From an uncultured Acidobacteriota bacterium (GTDB lineage: Bacteria > Acidobacteriota > Thermoanaerobaculia > Multivoradales > DATKCC01): a stretch of 64,000 nucleotides of DNA. The number at the start of each line of letters is the position of its first letter. The stretch's first letter is position 1. Location: the NCBI GenBank assembly GCA_963843755.1, contig CAWJLS010000002.1, forward strand, positions 385,279-449,278, in the 5' to 3' direction. Shown here in pieces: positions 48,838-56,401 of the stretch. The position numbers were made by a program, and so were the translations under genes. The notes under the pieces were generated by a model. That model was not told the origin of the DNA and did not search any database. It worked only from the letters and a program-made list of their open reading frames with translations.

Positions 48838-50532
48838 TCAGTCGGGGTCGGTCATCAGGATGTAGCCGTCCTTGCGGTCGGCGTCGCGGGCCACCTCGAC
48901 CAGCCCCAGCGGGGGATCCAGCTTCGCCAGGTCGTCGCGCTCGATCAGCAGCCACTTGCGCCCGGGGCGGGCGACGAACCGGCGCAGGTCCTGCTCGCTG
49001 TCGAGCTCGACCGAGAACCGGCGGGTGTAGAAGAGGACCGGCGCGTCGAGGCGCGGGTAGATGGCATAGGGCTCGCCCGGCGCCATCTTCTCGACCAGGA
49101 CGTGCGACAGGCCGCGGGCCGACTTGACCACGTCGAACCGTGGTAGCACGAGGAGGAAGACCCCCAGGCCGAACAGGGCGGAGCCGGAGGCCAGGGCGGC
49201 GGTGGCGCGGCGCACCCGGCCGCGGCGGGCGAAGACCCACGCCGCGACCGCTCCCAGAGCGAGGATCACGGCCAGGGTCACGATCCGTGGGATCAGGCCC
49301 GGTCCGATCGGCTCGAGCATGCGCGCCTGGCGCCGGGCGACGAACGGGGCGGCGATCGGCAGGAGCAGGGTGAGCGCCGCCAACAGGGCGAGGGGCCAGA
49401 CCAGCCATCGACGGCCGGCCTCGCCCGGCCCCGGCGCCGGTCGCGCTTCCGGCCGCGAGGCCCACCAGGAGAGGGCCAGGCCGACCAGCAGCGCCATGGC
49501 CGGGTACATGGTCAGGATGTAGACCGTCCGCTTGGCCGGCGAGATGCTGAAGAAGACGACGGTCACCACCATCCAGCAGAGGGCGAAGAGGTAGGCCTTG
49601 TGCCAGGCCGTCCGGTCGCCCGGCCCGTCGCCGTCCGGTGCGGCGGCCCTGCTCCGGAACCGGCGCCAGCCGACCACCAGGGCGCTCGGCAGCAGGAACG
49701 ACCAGGGAAAGAAGTCGCCCGGGATGACCGTCAGGTAGTACCAGGGCGGCTGAAAGTGGTGCCACGGGTCGGCATAGCGGGTCACGTTCTGCTTGTAGAC
49801 GATCGCCTGGAGGTAGGGCCAGCCGGCGTCGAACCCGGCCGGCACCAGCCAGGCGAGGACCGGCAGCGCCCACAGCAGCAGCCCGGTCGGGATCTTCATC
49901 CGGCGGATCTCGCTCCGCTCCCCGGCCAGGACCAGGTACGCCACCACCGACAGGAGCGGTGGCAGCAGCCCCACCGGCCCTTTGGCGAGGGTGGCGAAGC
50001 CGGTGGCCAGGAAGAACAGGCGGTAGAAGCCGGGGCGCCCCTCGGTGTAGCCGCGGACCCAGAACCAGACCGCCAGGGCGACCAGGGCGGAGAGCAGCAT
50101 GTCGATCTGCCCGACGTGCCCCTGCCAGAGGATTTTGACGGAAGAGCCGTAGACCGCCGCGGCCAGCCAGGCGAGGCGGCGCGCGATCCGTTCCGGCGCC
50201 AGCCGCTCCGCGATCAGGAAGGTGAGCAGGATCGCCGCCACCGCCGCCAGGGCCGACGGCAGCCGTGCCGACCACTCGGTCACCTCGCCGCCGGTGACCA
50301 GCGACGAGAGATCGATCAGCCAGAACAGCAGCGGCGGTTTCTGGGAGTAGATCGCGCCGTTGACGTGGGGCACGAACCAGTCGCCCTCGACGCGCATCTC
50401 CCGCGCCACCTCGGCATAGCGGGGCTCGTCCGGGTTCCACAGGTCGCGGCTGCCGAGGCCGGGGAGGAAGATCGCGAGGGCCAGGAGGACCAGCAGGATC
50501 CGGTCCCGCCGGCGCGTCGTCGCGTCGGTCAT
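48838..50532 (-). CDS. GT39 (ArnT-like) membrane glycosyltransferase
   Basis: ORF 48838..50532 (564 aa). DLWNPDEPRYAEVAREMRVEGDWFVPHVNGAIYSQKPPLLFWL, many TM helices and a soluble C-terminal domain. Confidence 0.85.
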   Translation of the reverse strand: MTDATTRRRDRILLVLLALAIFLPGLGSRDLWNPDEPRYAEVAREMRVEGDWFVPHVNGAIYSQKPPLLFWLIDLSSLVTGGEVTEWSARLPSALAAVAAILLTFLIAERLAPERIARRLAWLAAAVYGSSVKILWQGHVGQIDMLLSALVALAVWFWVRGYTEGRPGFYRLFFLATGFATLAKGPVGLLPPLLSVVAYLVLAGERSEIRRMKIPTGLLLWALPVLAWLVPAGFDAGWPYLQAIVYKQNVTRYADPWHHFQPPWYYLTVIPGDFFPWSFLLPSALVVGWRRFRSRAAAPDGDGPGDRTAWHKAYLFALCWMVVTVVFFSISPAKRTVYILTMYPAMALLVGLALSWWASRPEARPAPGPGEAGRRWLVWPLALLAALTLLLPIAAPFVARRQARMLEPIGPGLIPRIVTLAVILALGAVAAWVFARRGRVRRATAALASGSALFGLGVFLLVLPRFDVVKSARGLSHVLVEKMAPGEPYAIYPRLDAPVLFYTRRFSVELDSEQDLRRFVARPGRKWLLIERDDLAKLDPPLGLVEVARDADRKDGYILMTDPD

Positions 50533-50538
50533 GGCGCC

Positions 50539-51426
50539 TCAGCCCCGCGGGTCGCCCGGCGCCGACGGCGGACGGGCGTCCGGCTCCGCCGTCCGCTCGG
50601 CGGGCGTCAGCTCCGTGATGGTGCGGTCGCCGACCCACCGGCGCTGGAGCCAGCGGACGCCGAAGAGGTCCGCGATGCCCCGCCACAGGCGGTTCTGGAT
50701 GCCGTACTTGGGCGTGCCGAAGCGGCGCGGACGATGACGGACCGGGATCTCGGTGATGCGGGCGCCGGCCATCTCGAGCAACGCCGGCAGGAAACGGTGC
50801 GTGCCGTTGAACACCGGCACCTTGCACAGCGGTTCGATGCGGCAGACGCGGAGGGTACAGCCGACGTCCGTGACCGAGTCGCCGGTCACGCGGCTCCGCA
50901 CCTTGTTGGCGATCCTCGACGAGATCCGCCGCACCCAGGTGTCCTTGCGGTCGACCCGGACGCCGCAGACCACGTCCCACTCCGTCAGGAGCTCGAGCAG
51001 GCGGGGGATGTCCGCGGGATCGTTCTGGAGGTCGGCGTCCAGGGTCACCACCACCGGCGTGCGGGCGGCGTTCCAGCCCGAGGCGAGGGCGGCCGACTGG
51101 CCCCGGTTGGGCGTCTGGTGGAGGATGCGGACCCGCGGGTCCGCCGTGGCGATCTCGGCCAGTACCTCGGGAGTCCGGTCGGTCGAGCCGTCGTCGACGA
51201 AGAGCAGCTCGAACGGGATCGCGGCGCCGTCGAGCGCCTCGGCGATCTCGCGGTAGAGGATCGCGACGCTCTCCTCCTCGTTGTACGCCGGCACCACAAC
51301 GGAGACGGTGGGCACGGACACGGTGGGGACCGACACCGCGGGTTCACCCGCCGGCGGCTCGGCCGGGTGGGCGGAGGGACTCTGTTCGGGGGAGTGGGGA
51401 TCGGATCGGCTCACGGTCGGCTCCAC
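50539..51426 (-). CDS. GT2 polyprenol-phosphate glycosyltransferase (ArnC/GtrB-like)
   Basis: Tail of ORF 50539..53958, GTG start at 51426 (or 51414). VVVPAYNEEESV, LLFVDDGSTDRT, TLDADLQNDPADIP, RFLPALL, RHRPRRFGTPKYG. Located 6 nt upstream of the GT39 gene. Confidence 0.85.
   Translation of the reverse strand: MEPTVSRSDPHSPEQSPSAHPAEPPAGEPAVSVPTVSVPTVSVVVPAYNEEESVAILYREIAEALDGAAIPFELLFVDDGSTDRTPEVLAEIATADPRVRILHQTPNRGQSAALASGWNAARTPVVVTLDADLQNDPADIPRLLELLTEWDVVCGVRVDRKDTWVRRISSRIANKVRSRVTGDSVTDVGCTLRVCRIEPLCKVPVFNGTHRFLPALLEMAGARITEIPVRHRPRRFGTPKYGIQNRLWRGIADLFGVRWLQRRWVGDRTITELTPAERTAEPDARPPSAPGDPRG
51305..51334. repeat. 15-bp tandem repeat x2
   Basis: acggtgggcacggac / acggtggggaccgac. 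Encodes SVPTVSVPTVSV at the N-terminus of the ArnC-like GT2. Confidence 0.8.
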
Positions 51427-51495
51427 GCGCCGGCAGTGTACTCGATTCGTCTTCCCGATCCCGTGGCGGGGTAGAGTGCCGCGGACGGAGAGCCC

Positions 51496-53415
51496 ATGGA
51501 GACGCGCGACGAGACAGGCACCGGCCGCCACGACGACGACCACGCCAGAGAGTCGGTGCGGGCGCTGGCGGCGCCGTTGGCCCTGCCGTTGGGTCTGCTG
51601 GGCGTGCTGGCGGCGGTGACCCTGGTGGCCCGGACGGCGATCCCGATCGACGAGACCCGCTACCTCTCGGTCGCCTGGGAGATGTGGCGCTCCGGCGACT
51701 TCCTGGTGCCCCATCTCAACGGGGCCGCCTACTCCCACAAGCCGCCGCTCCTGTTCTGGCTGATCGATGGCGGCTGGGCTCTGTTCGGCGTCACCGACTG
51801 GTGGCCGCGCCTGCTGCCGGCGCTGAGCGTCGCCGGTTCCCTGCTGCTGACCGCCGCCCTCGGTCGCGAGCTCTGGCCCGGCCGGCGCGACCTGCCCCGG
51901 CGCGGCGCGACCCTCCTGATGGGCACGTTCCTGGTGGCGATCCTGGCTACCTATCTGCTGTTCGATCCGCTCCTCATGGTCTGCGCGCTGCTCGGTCTGC
52001 TCGGCCTGGCGAAGGCCGCCCGGAGCATGCAGGCCGGGAGGGACGGCAGCCGGCGAAACGGCGGCGCGCGGGTCGGGTCGCTGCCGCGAGTCGGGTCGCT
52101 GCCGCGAATCTGGTCGCTGCCGCGGGCTTGGGGCCTGGTCGGGCTGGGGATCGGGCTGGGCATCCTGACCAAGGGTCCGGTCATCCTGCTCCACGTGCTG
52201 CCCGTCGCGCTGGCCGGGCCGTTCTGGATCGCCGGCCGGAGGGCGCCGGAGCGTGCTGCCCCGGTCGCCACCGCCGACAGCGCCGGGGCGTCCGGCCCCG
52301 TTCCCCGCCTTCGCCCGGGTCGCTGGTACGGCGGCGTCGCCCTGGCGGTGCTGCTGGGCGCGGCGATCGGGCTCGCCTGGGCGATCCCCGCGGCGCTGGC
52401 CGGCGGAGCCGAGTACGCCCGTGCGATCTTCCTGGGCCAGACGACGGGACGCCTGACCGAGTCGTTCGCCCACCGCCGGCCGGTCTGGTGGTACCTGCCT
52501 CTCTTGCCGGTGCTCGTCTACCCGTACGGTTTCTGGCCGCCGCTCTACCGGGCGGTCTTCCGGACGGGGGGCCGGCTCCGCTCGATCCTCGGCGAGCCCG
52601 GGGTGCGCTTCGCCCTCGCCCAGGTGGTGCCGGCGCTGGTCGTCTTCTCCCTGATCAGCGGCAAGCAGCCCCAGTACCTGGCGCCGCTCCTGCCGGCCGT
52701 CGCCCTGCTCGTCGCCCGGCTCCTGGAGCTGGCGCCGCGCCCCCGGCGGTGGGAGGTCGTGATGCCGTTTCTCCTCCCCATGGTGGTCGCGGTGGCGCTC
52801 TTCCTGCTGCCGCTGGCGGCGTTCCGGGAGGATGTGCCGGATTGGGCGCGCCTGGTGTCGCCCGGCGCCGGCGCCCTGCTGGCCGTGGCGCTGATCCTGA
52901 CACTGGTGCGCGCCCTCCGCCGGGCGTCGTCCTCCACCGGCGGAGCCGGTGCTCTCGAGCGCCCTCTGTCCGTCCTGAGCGTCGCCCTGGTGGCCACCCT
53001 CTACCTGGGTCTCGCGCCGATGTTCTCCGCCCGCTACGACCTCGAACCCATGGCGCGCTTCGTCCGGGTGGTGGAGGAGCGCGGCGGGGCGATCGCCCAC
53101 GTCGGCGAGTACCGGGGTGAGCTCCACTTCCTCGGCCGTCTCCAGCGGCCGATCGAAGAGATCGAGAGCACCGAGGCCCCCGCCTGGCTCGCCGCGCATC
53201 CGGGCGGCGCCGTGCTGGCTCACTACGACCAGCCGAGCGCGCGTGCCGGCGCCGGATCTGACGATCGATCTGGCGCCCAATCTGGCGCCCAATCTGGCAA
53301 GGCGACCAGGCACGCGGACCGGGCGGTCGATCTCTCGGGCGCCGCCTTCGTCCAGCCGATCCGCAGCAAGATCCTGGCGGTCTGGACCCGGGGCGACGAC
53401 TACCGAAGCCCGTGA
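51496..53415 (+). CDS. GT39 (ArnT-like) membrane glycosyltransferase, second copy, divergent from the GT2 gene
   Basis: ORF 51496..53415 (639 aa). IDETRYLSVAWEMWRSGDFLVPHLNGAAYSHKPPLLFWL and multiple TM helices. Contains two in-frame tandem repeats. Confidence 0.85.
   Translation: METRDETGTGRHDDDHARESVRALAAPLALPLGLLGVLAAVTLVARTAIPIDETRYLSVAWEMWRSGDFLVPHLNGAAYSHKPPLLFWLIDGGWALFGVTDWWPRLLPALSVAGSLLLTAALGRELWPGRRDLPRRGATLLMGTFLVAILATYLLFDPLLMVCALLGLLGLAKAARSMQAGRDGSRRNGGARVGSLPRVGSLPRIWSLPRAWGLVGLGIGLGILTKGPVILLHVLPVALAGPFWIAGRRAPERAAPVATADSAGASGPVPRLRPGRWYGGVALAVLLGAAIGLAWAIPAALAGGAEYARAIFLGQTTGRLTESFAHRRPVWWYLPLLPVLVYPYGFWPPLYRAVFRTGGRLRSILGEPGVRFALAQVVPALVVFSLISGKQPQYLAPLLPAVALLVARLLELAPRPRRWEVVMPFLLPMVVAVALFLLPLAAFREDVPDWARLVSPGAGALLAVALILTLVRALRRASSSTGGAGALERPLSVLSVALVATLYLGLAPMFSARYDLEPMARFVRVVEERGGAIAHVGEYRGELHFLGRLQRPIEEIESTEAPAWLAAHPGGAVLAHYDQPSARAGAGSDDRSGAQSGAQSGKATRHADRAVDLSGAAFVQPIRSKILAVWTRGDDYRSP
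52072..52125. repeat. 18-bp tandem repeat x3
   Basis: gtcgggtcgctgccgcga x2 (52072-52089, 52090-52107), then atctggtcgctgccgcgg (52108-52125). Encodes VGSLPR-VGSLPR-IWSLPR in a loop of the second ArnT-like GT39. Confidence 0.9.
53268..53300. repeat. 12-bp tandem repeat x2.7 (atctggcgccca)
   Basis: 53268-53279, 53280-53291 and a partial unit at 53292-53300. Encodes SGAQSGAQSG near the C-terminus of the same GT39. Confidence 0.85.
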
Positions 53416-53653
53416 GTGAGATTCACGCTCCGCCGGATCCTGTCGGCGGTCGCGGGTGCGCGGCGGCCGGGGGTCTTCCCGGCAACCGGTGCTCAGCCCC
53501 TGGTGGGCCCGGGGTGAGCAGGGGCTGAACCGGCGGCGGGCAGGGGGTACACTCTCAGGGTCCGGGCACCGCCTTCGGATACCAGAAGACCGACAGCCCC
53601 GCCGGTTTCCGACCGGCCATCGAGGCGTTCCGACCTTCTCGGAGGGGAATTCT

Positions 53654-54172
53654 TTGGTTCGACGAGCTAGCGCGATCGTCCCGCTCCTGCTGACCCTCTT
53701 CTGCGTCGTCCCGACCGCGGCGACGGCCGGCCCCGCCGGGCTCGCGGCCGCCGCGGTGTGGGCGGGGCGGTTCGACGTGCTCGAGAACGACGGCACCGAC
53801 GAGATCGGTGGGGAGCTCCGGTTCATCCCGGTGAGCGCCGGCGAGGTTCCCGTGCCCTGGACCATCTCGCCGGCGATCGGCGCCATGCGGACATCGGACC
53901 ACGCCACGTTCGTCCATGTCGGCTTCCGCCTCGACCTGCCGGTCACCGACCGGTTCACCCTGACCCCGCAGCTCGGCGCGGGTCGCTACCGCCCCGGGAA
54001 CGGCAAGATCCTGGGCGGCCACTTCCACTTCCGCTCCGGGATCGAGGCGTCGTTCCGGCTGGGCGCGCGCACCTGCATCGGGCTGCTCTTCTACCACCTG
54101 TCGAACTCCGGCATCCGCCACCACAATCCCGGTGAAGAGTCGCTCGTGGTCCAGTGGGCGGTGAGCTTCTGA
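53654..54172 (+). CDS. PagL-like lipid A deacylase / acyloxyacyl hydrolase family outer-membrane protein
   Basis: In ORF 53456..54172. TTG 53654 follows GGAGGGG. Signal LVRRASAIVPLLLTLFCVVPTAATA. Small beta-barrel-like alternation and the His-x-Ser-Asn motif in LLFYHLSNSGI. Confidence 0.65.
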   Translation: MVRRASAIVPLLLTLFCVVPTAATAGPAGLAAAAVWAGRFDVLENDGTDEIGGELRFIPVSAGEVPVPWTISPAIGAMRTSDHATFVHVGFRLDLPVTDRFTLTPQLGAGRYRPGNGKILGGHFHFRSGIEASFRLGARTCIGLLFYHLSNSGIRHHNPGEESLVVQWAVSF

Positions 54173-54232
54173 GCGCGTTCGAGGCGCTCGCCCCTGTGCT
54201 AGCCTGAGCGTTCATCGCAAGGAGCTCGCCCC

Positions 54233-54508
54233 ATGGCCGTCGACCCGGATCTGCTGGAAATTCTCGTCTGTCCCAAGACCAAGGGCGAGCTGGAGCTCGT
54301 CGACCTGCCCGAGGAGACCCGGGCCGGCTTGGTGGAGAAGTACCGAGAGCACTTCCGCGACGAGGAGCCGGCGGTGGAGCAGGGGCTCTACTCACCCGAT
54401 TCAGGGCTCGTCTACCCGATCGTCTCCGACATCCCCATCATGCTGGTCGACGAGGCGCTCCCCGGGACCGTCATCGGCCGCGAGGGACCGGATAACCCAC
54501 GATCCTAG
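54233..54508 (+). CDS. Trm112/YcaR (UPF0434) family small protein
   Basis: ORF 54233..54508 (91 aa). LLEILVCPKTKGEL...GLVYPIVSDIPIMLVDEA is the Trm112-like pattern. Confidence 0.75.
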   Translation: MAVDPDLLEILVCPKTKGELELVDLPEETRAGLVEKYREHFRDEEPAVEQGLYSPDSGLVYPIVSDIPIMLVDEALPGTVIGREGPDNPRS

Positions 54509-54590
54509 AAGATCTTAGGCTGCGCTATACTCGGCCGGGCGGCCTGGCCCCGGGGTGAGCCCGGTCCGGCCCGCCGGACAGGAATCTGCC

Positions 54591-55469
54591 TTGGCCGTGC
54601 GACTCGACCAGCTTCTTCATCAGCGGGGGCTCTTCCCCAGTCGCGAACGCGCCCGCCGGGCGGTGATGGCCGGCATCGTCGAGGTCGAAGGGCGCCGGGT
54701 CGACAAGCCCGGTACGAAGATCGCCGAAGGCTCCCGCCTGGAGGTGATCGAGCGCGGCGAGCCCTACGTCTCGCGCGCCGGCCGCAAGCTCGCGGCCGCC
54801 CTCGACCACTTCCGCCTCGACCCGAAGGGCTGGGTCTGCCTGGACGCCGGCGCCTCGACCGGCGGCTTCACCGACTGCCTGCTCCAGCGAGGCGCCGCGC
54901 GCGTCTACGCCGTCGACGTCGGCTACGGCCAGCTCGACTACTCCCTGCGCACCGACCCCCGGGTGACCGTGATGGAGAGACTCAACGTGCGCTACCTCGC
55001 TCCCGACGCCGTGCCCGAGCCTTGCGACCTGATCACGGTCGACGTCTCGTTCATCTCCCTGACCAAGGTGGTGCCGGCGCTGGTGCCCCACCTGCGGCGC
55101 CCGGGCGGGCTGCTGCTGACCCTGGTCAAGCCCCAGTTCGAGGCCGGGCGTGGACAGGTGGGCAAGGGCGGGATCGTCCGCGACCAGGAGGTCCGGCGCG
55201 AGGTCATCGAGCGGACGGCCACGGCGATCCTGACGGCCACTGCGTCCCCGGTCGACCCGTCCCTGGTCGACCCCAGCGAGAGCGAGCCGTCCGCGCAAGG
55301 GCCGGAGCACCCTGTCCTGGAACACCTGGGCACCGTCGATTCCGAGGTGCCGGGGGTCGGCGGCAACCGGGAGGCGTTCGCCCTCTTCCGCCGTCTCGCC
55401 TCCGCGGGGGCGGCCGGCGCCGGTCGCTCGTCCGCCGGGTCACCCGAACCGGTGGGAGGTGCCTCGTGA
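54591..55469 (+). CDS. tlyA: TlyA-family rRNA 2'-O-methyltransferase
   Basis: In ORF 54555..55469. Likely start is TTG 54591 or GTG 54597. S4-like RLDQLLHQRGLFPSRERARRAVMAGIVEV, YVSRAGRKL, FtsJ-type CLDAGASTGGFTDCLLQRGAARVYAVDVG, LVKPQFE. Confidence 0.88.
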   Translation: MAVRLDQLLHQRGLFPSRERARRAVMAGIVEVEGRRVDKPGTKIAEGSRLEVIERGEPYVSRAGRKLAAALDHFRLDPKGWVCLDAGASTGGFTDCLLQRGAARVYAVDVGYGQLDYSLRTDPRVTVMERLNVRYLAPDAVPEPCDLITVDVSFISLTKVVPALVPHLRRPGGLLLTLVKPQFEAGRGQVGKGGIVRDQEVRREVIERTATAILTATASPVDPSLVDPSESEPSAQGPEHPVLEHLGTVDSEVPGVGGNREAFALFRRLASAGAAGAGRSSAGSPEPVGGAS

Positions 55470-56401
55470 GCGGTGTCCGCCGGGTCGGCGTGGTGGCCAA
55501 GGCGACCAGCCGCGAGGCCGTCCAGACCGCCCACGAGCTGGCCGAGTGGCTGCAGCGCCGCGGGCTCGAGGTGGCGCTCGACGGGGCGGCGCTCCGGGCG
55601 CGGGCGCCGCGCGGGGTCGACACCTTCGACCCGGAGGACCGCTACGACCTGGTCGTCGTGCTCGGCGGCGACGGCACGATGCTGTCGGTGGCGCGGAGCC
55701 TCCACGAGAGCGTGCCGATCATGGGCGTCAACCTCGGGCACCTGGGCTTCCTCACCGAGGTCGGGCGGGGGGAGCTCTATCCCAACCTGGTGCGGGTCCT
55801 GTCCGACGACTACCGGATCGAGCGCCGCTGGCTGTTCGACATCGAGCTGCGCCGGGCCGGCGGCGGCGTCTCCTCCTACCAGGTGCTCAACGACGCCGTG
55901 ATCGCCAAGAGCGCCTTGGCCCGCATCATCGAGATGGACGTCACGGTCGACGGCATGAGCGTCGCTCGCTACCGGGCGGACGGGCTGATCATCTCGACCC
56001 CGACCGGCTCGACCGCCTACAACCTCTCCGCCGGCGGCCCGATCATCTACCCGTTGCTGCCCGTGGCCGTGGTCACCCCCATCTGCCCCCACACTCTCTC
56101 CCAGCGGCCGGTCGTGGTGCCGGACGACGAGCGCATCGGGATCGTGCTCGAGACGCCGCGCGAGGAGGTCTACCTGACCCTGGACGGCCAGGAGGGAACC
56201 ACGATGGGCTACCGCGACACGGTCTCGGTCTTCCGCTCCGAGCGCCACGTGCGGCTGGTCAAGACCACCGGACGCTCGTTCTACGACAGCCTGCGCGGCA
56301 AGCTGCGCTGGGGCGGTCTCTCCGGCGAGCCGCCGGCCCGCCGGGCGGCGCGCGACGGGGAGCCGGCCGAGGAGGACGCTGCGGAAGGCGACGCCTCCTG
56401 A
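55466..56401 (+). CDS. nadK: NAD kinase
   Basis: GTG 55466 (GTGA overlap with tlyA, preceded by GGGAGG), in frame with ORF 55022..56401. DLVVVLGGDGTMLS, GVNLGHLGFL, NDAVI, ADGLIISTPTGSTAYNLSAGGPI. Confidence 0.92.
   Translation: MSGVRRVGVVAKATSREAVQTAHELAEWLQRRGLEVALDGAALRARAPRGVDTFDPEDRYDLVVVLGGDGTMLSVARSLHESVPIMGVNLGHLGFLTEVGRGELYPNLVRVLSDDYRIERRWLFDIELRRAGGGVSSYQVLNDAVIAKSALARIIEMDVTVDGMSVARYRADGLIISTPTGSTAYNLSAGGPIIYPLLPVAVVTPICPHTLSQRPVVVPDDERIGIVLETPREEVYLTLDGQEGTTMGYRDTVSVFRSERHVRLVKTTGRSFYDSLRGKLRWGGLSGEPPARRAARDGEPAEEDAAEGDAS

Noticed and set aside
53493-53530. Hairpin cagcccctg...caggggctg after the second GT39 gene, considered as a rho-independent terminator.
   Set aside because: It is a good 9-bp stem, but the loop is about 16 nt and no T-run follows. 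I kept it as a possible RNA structure only and did not list it as a feature.
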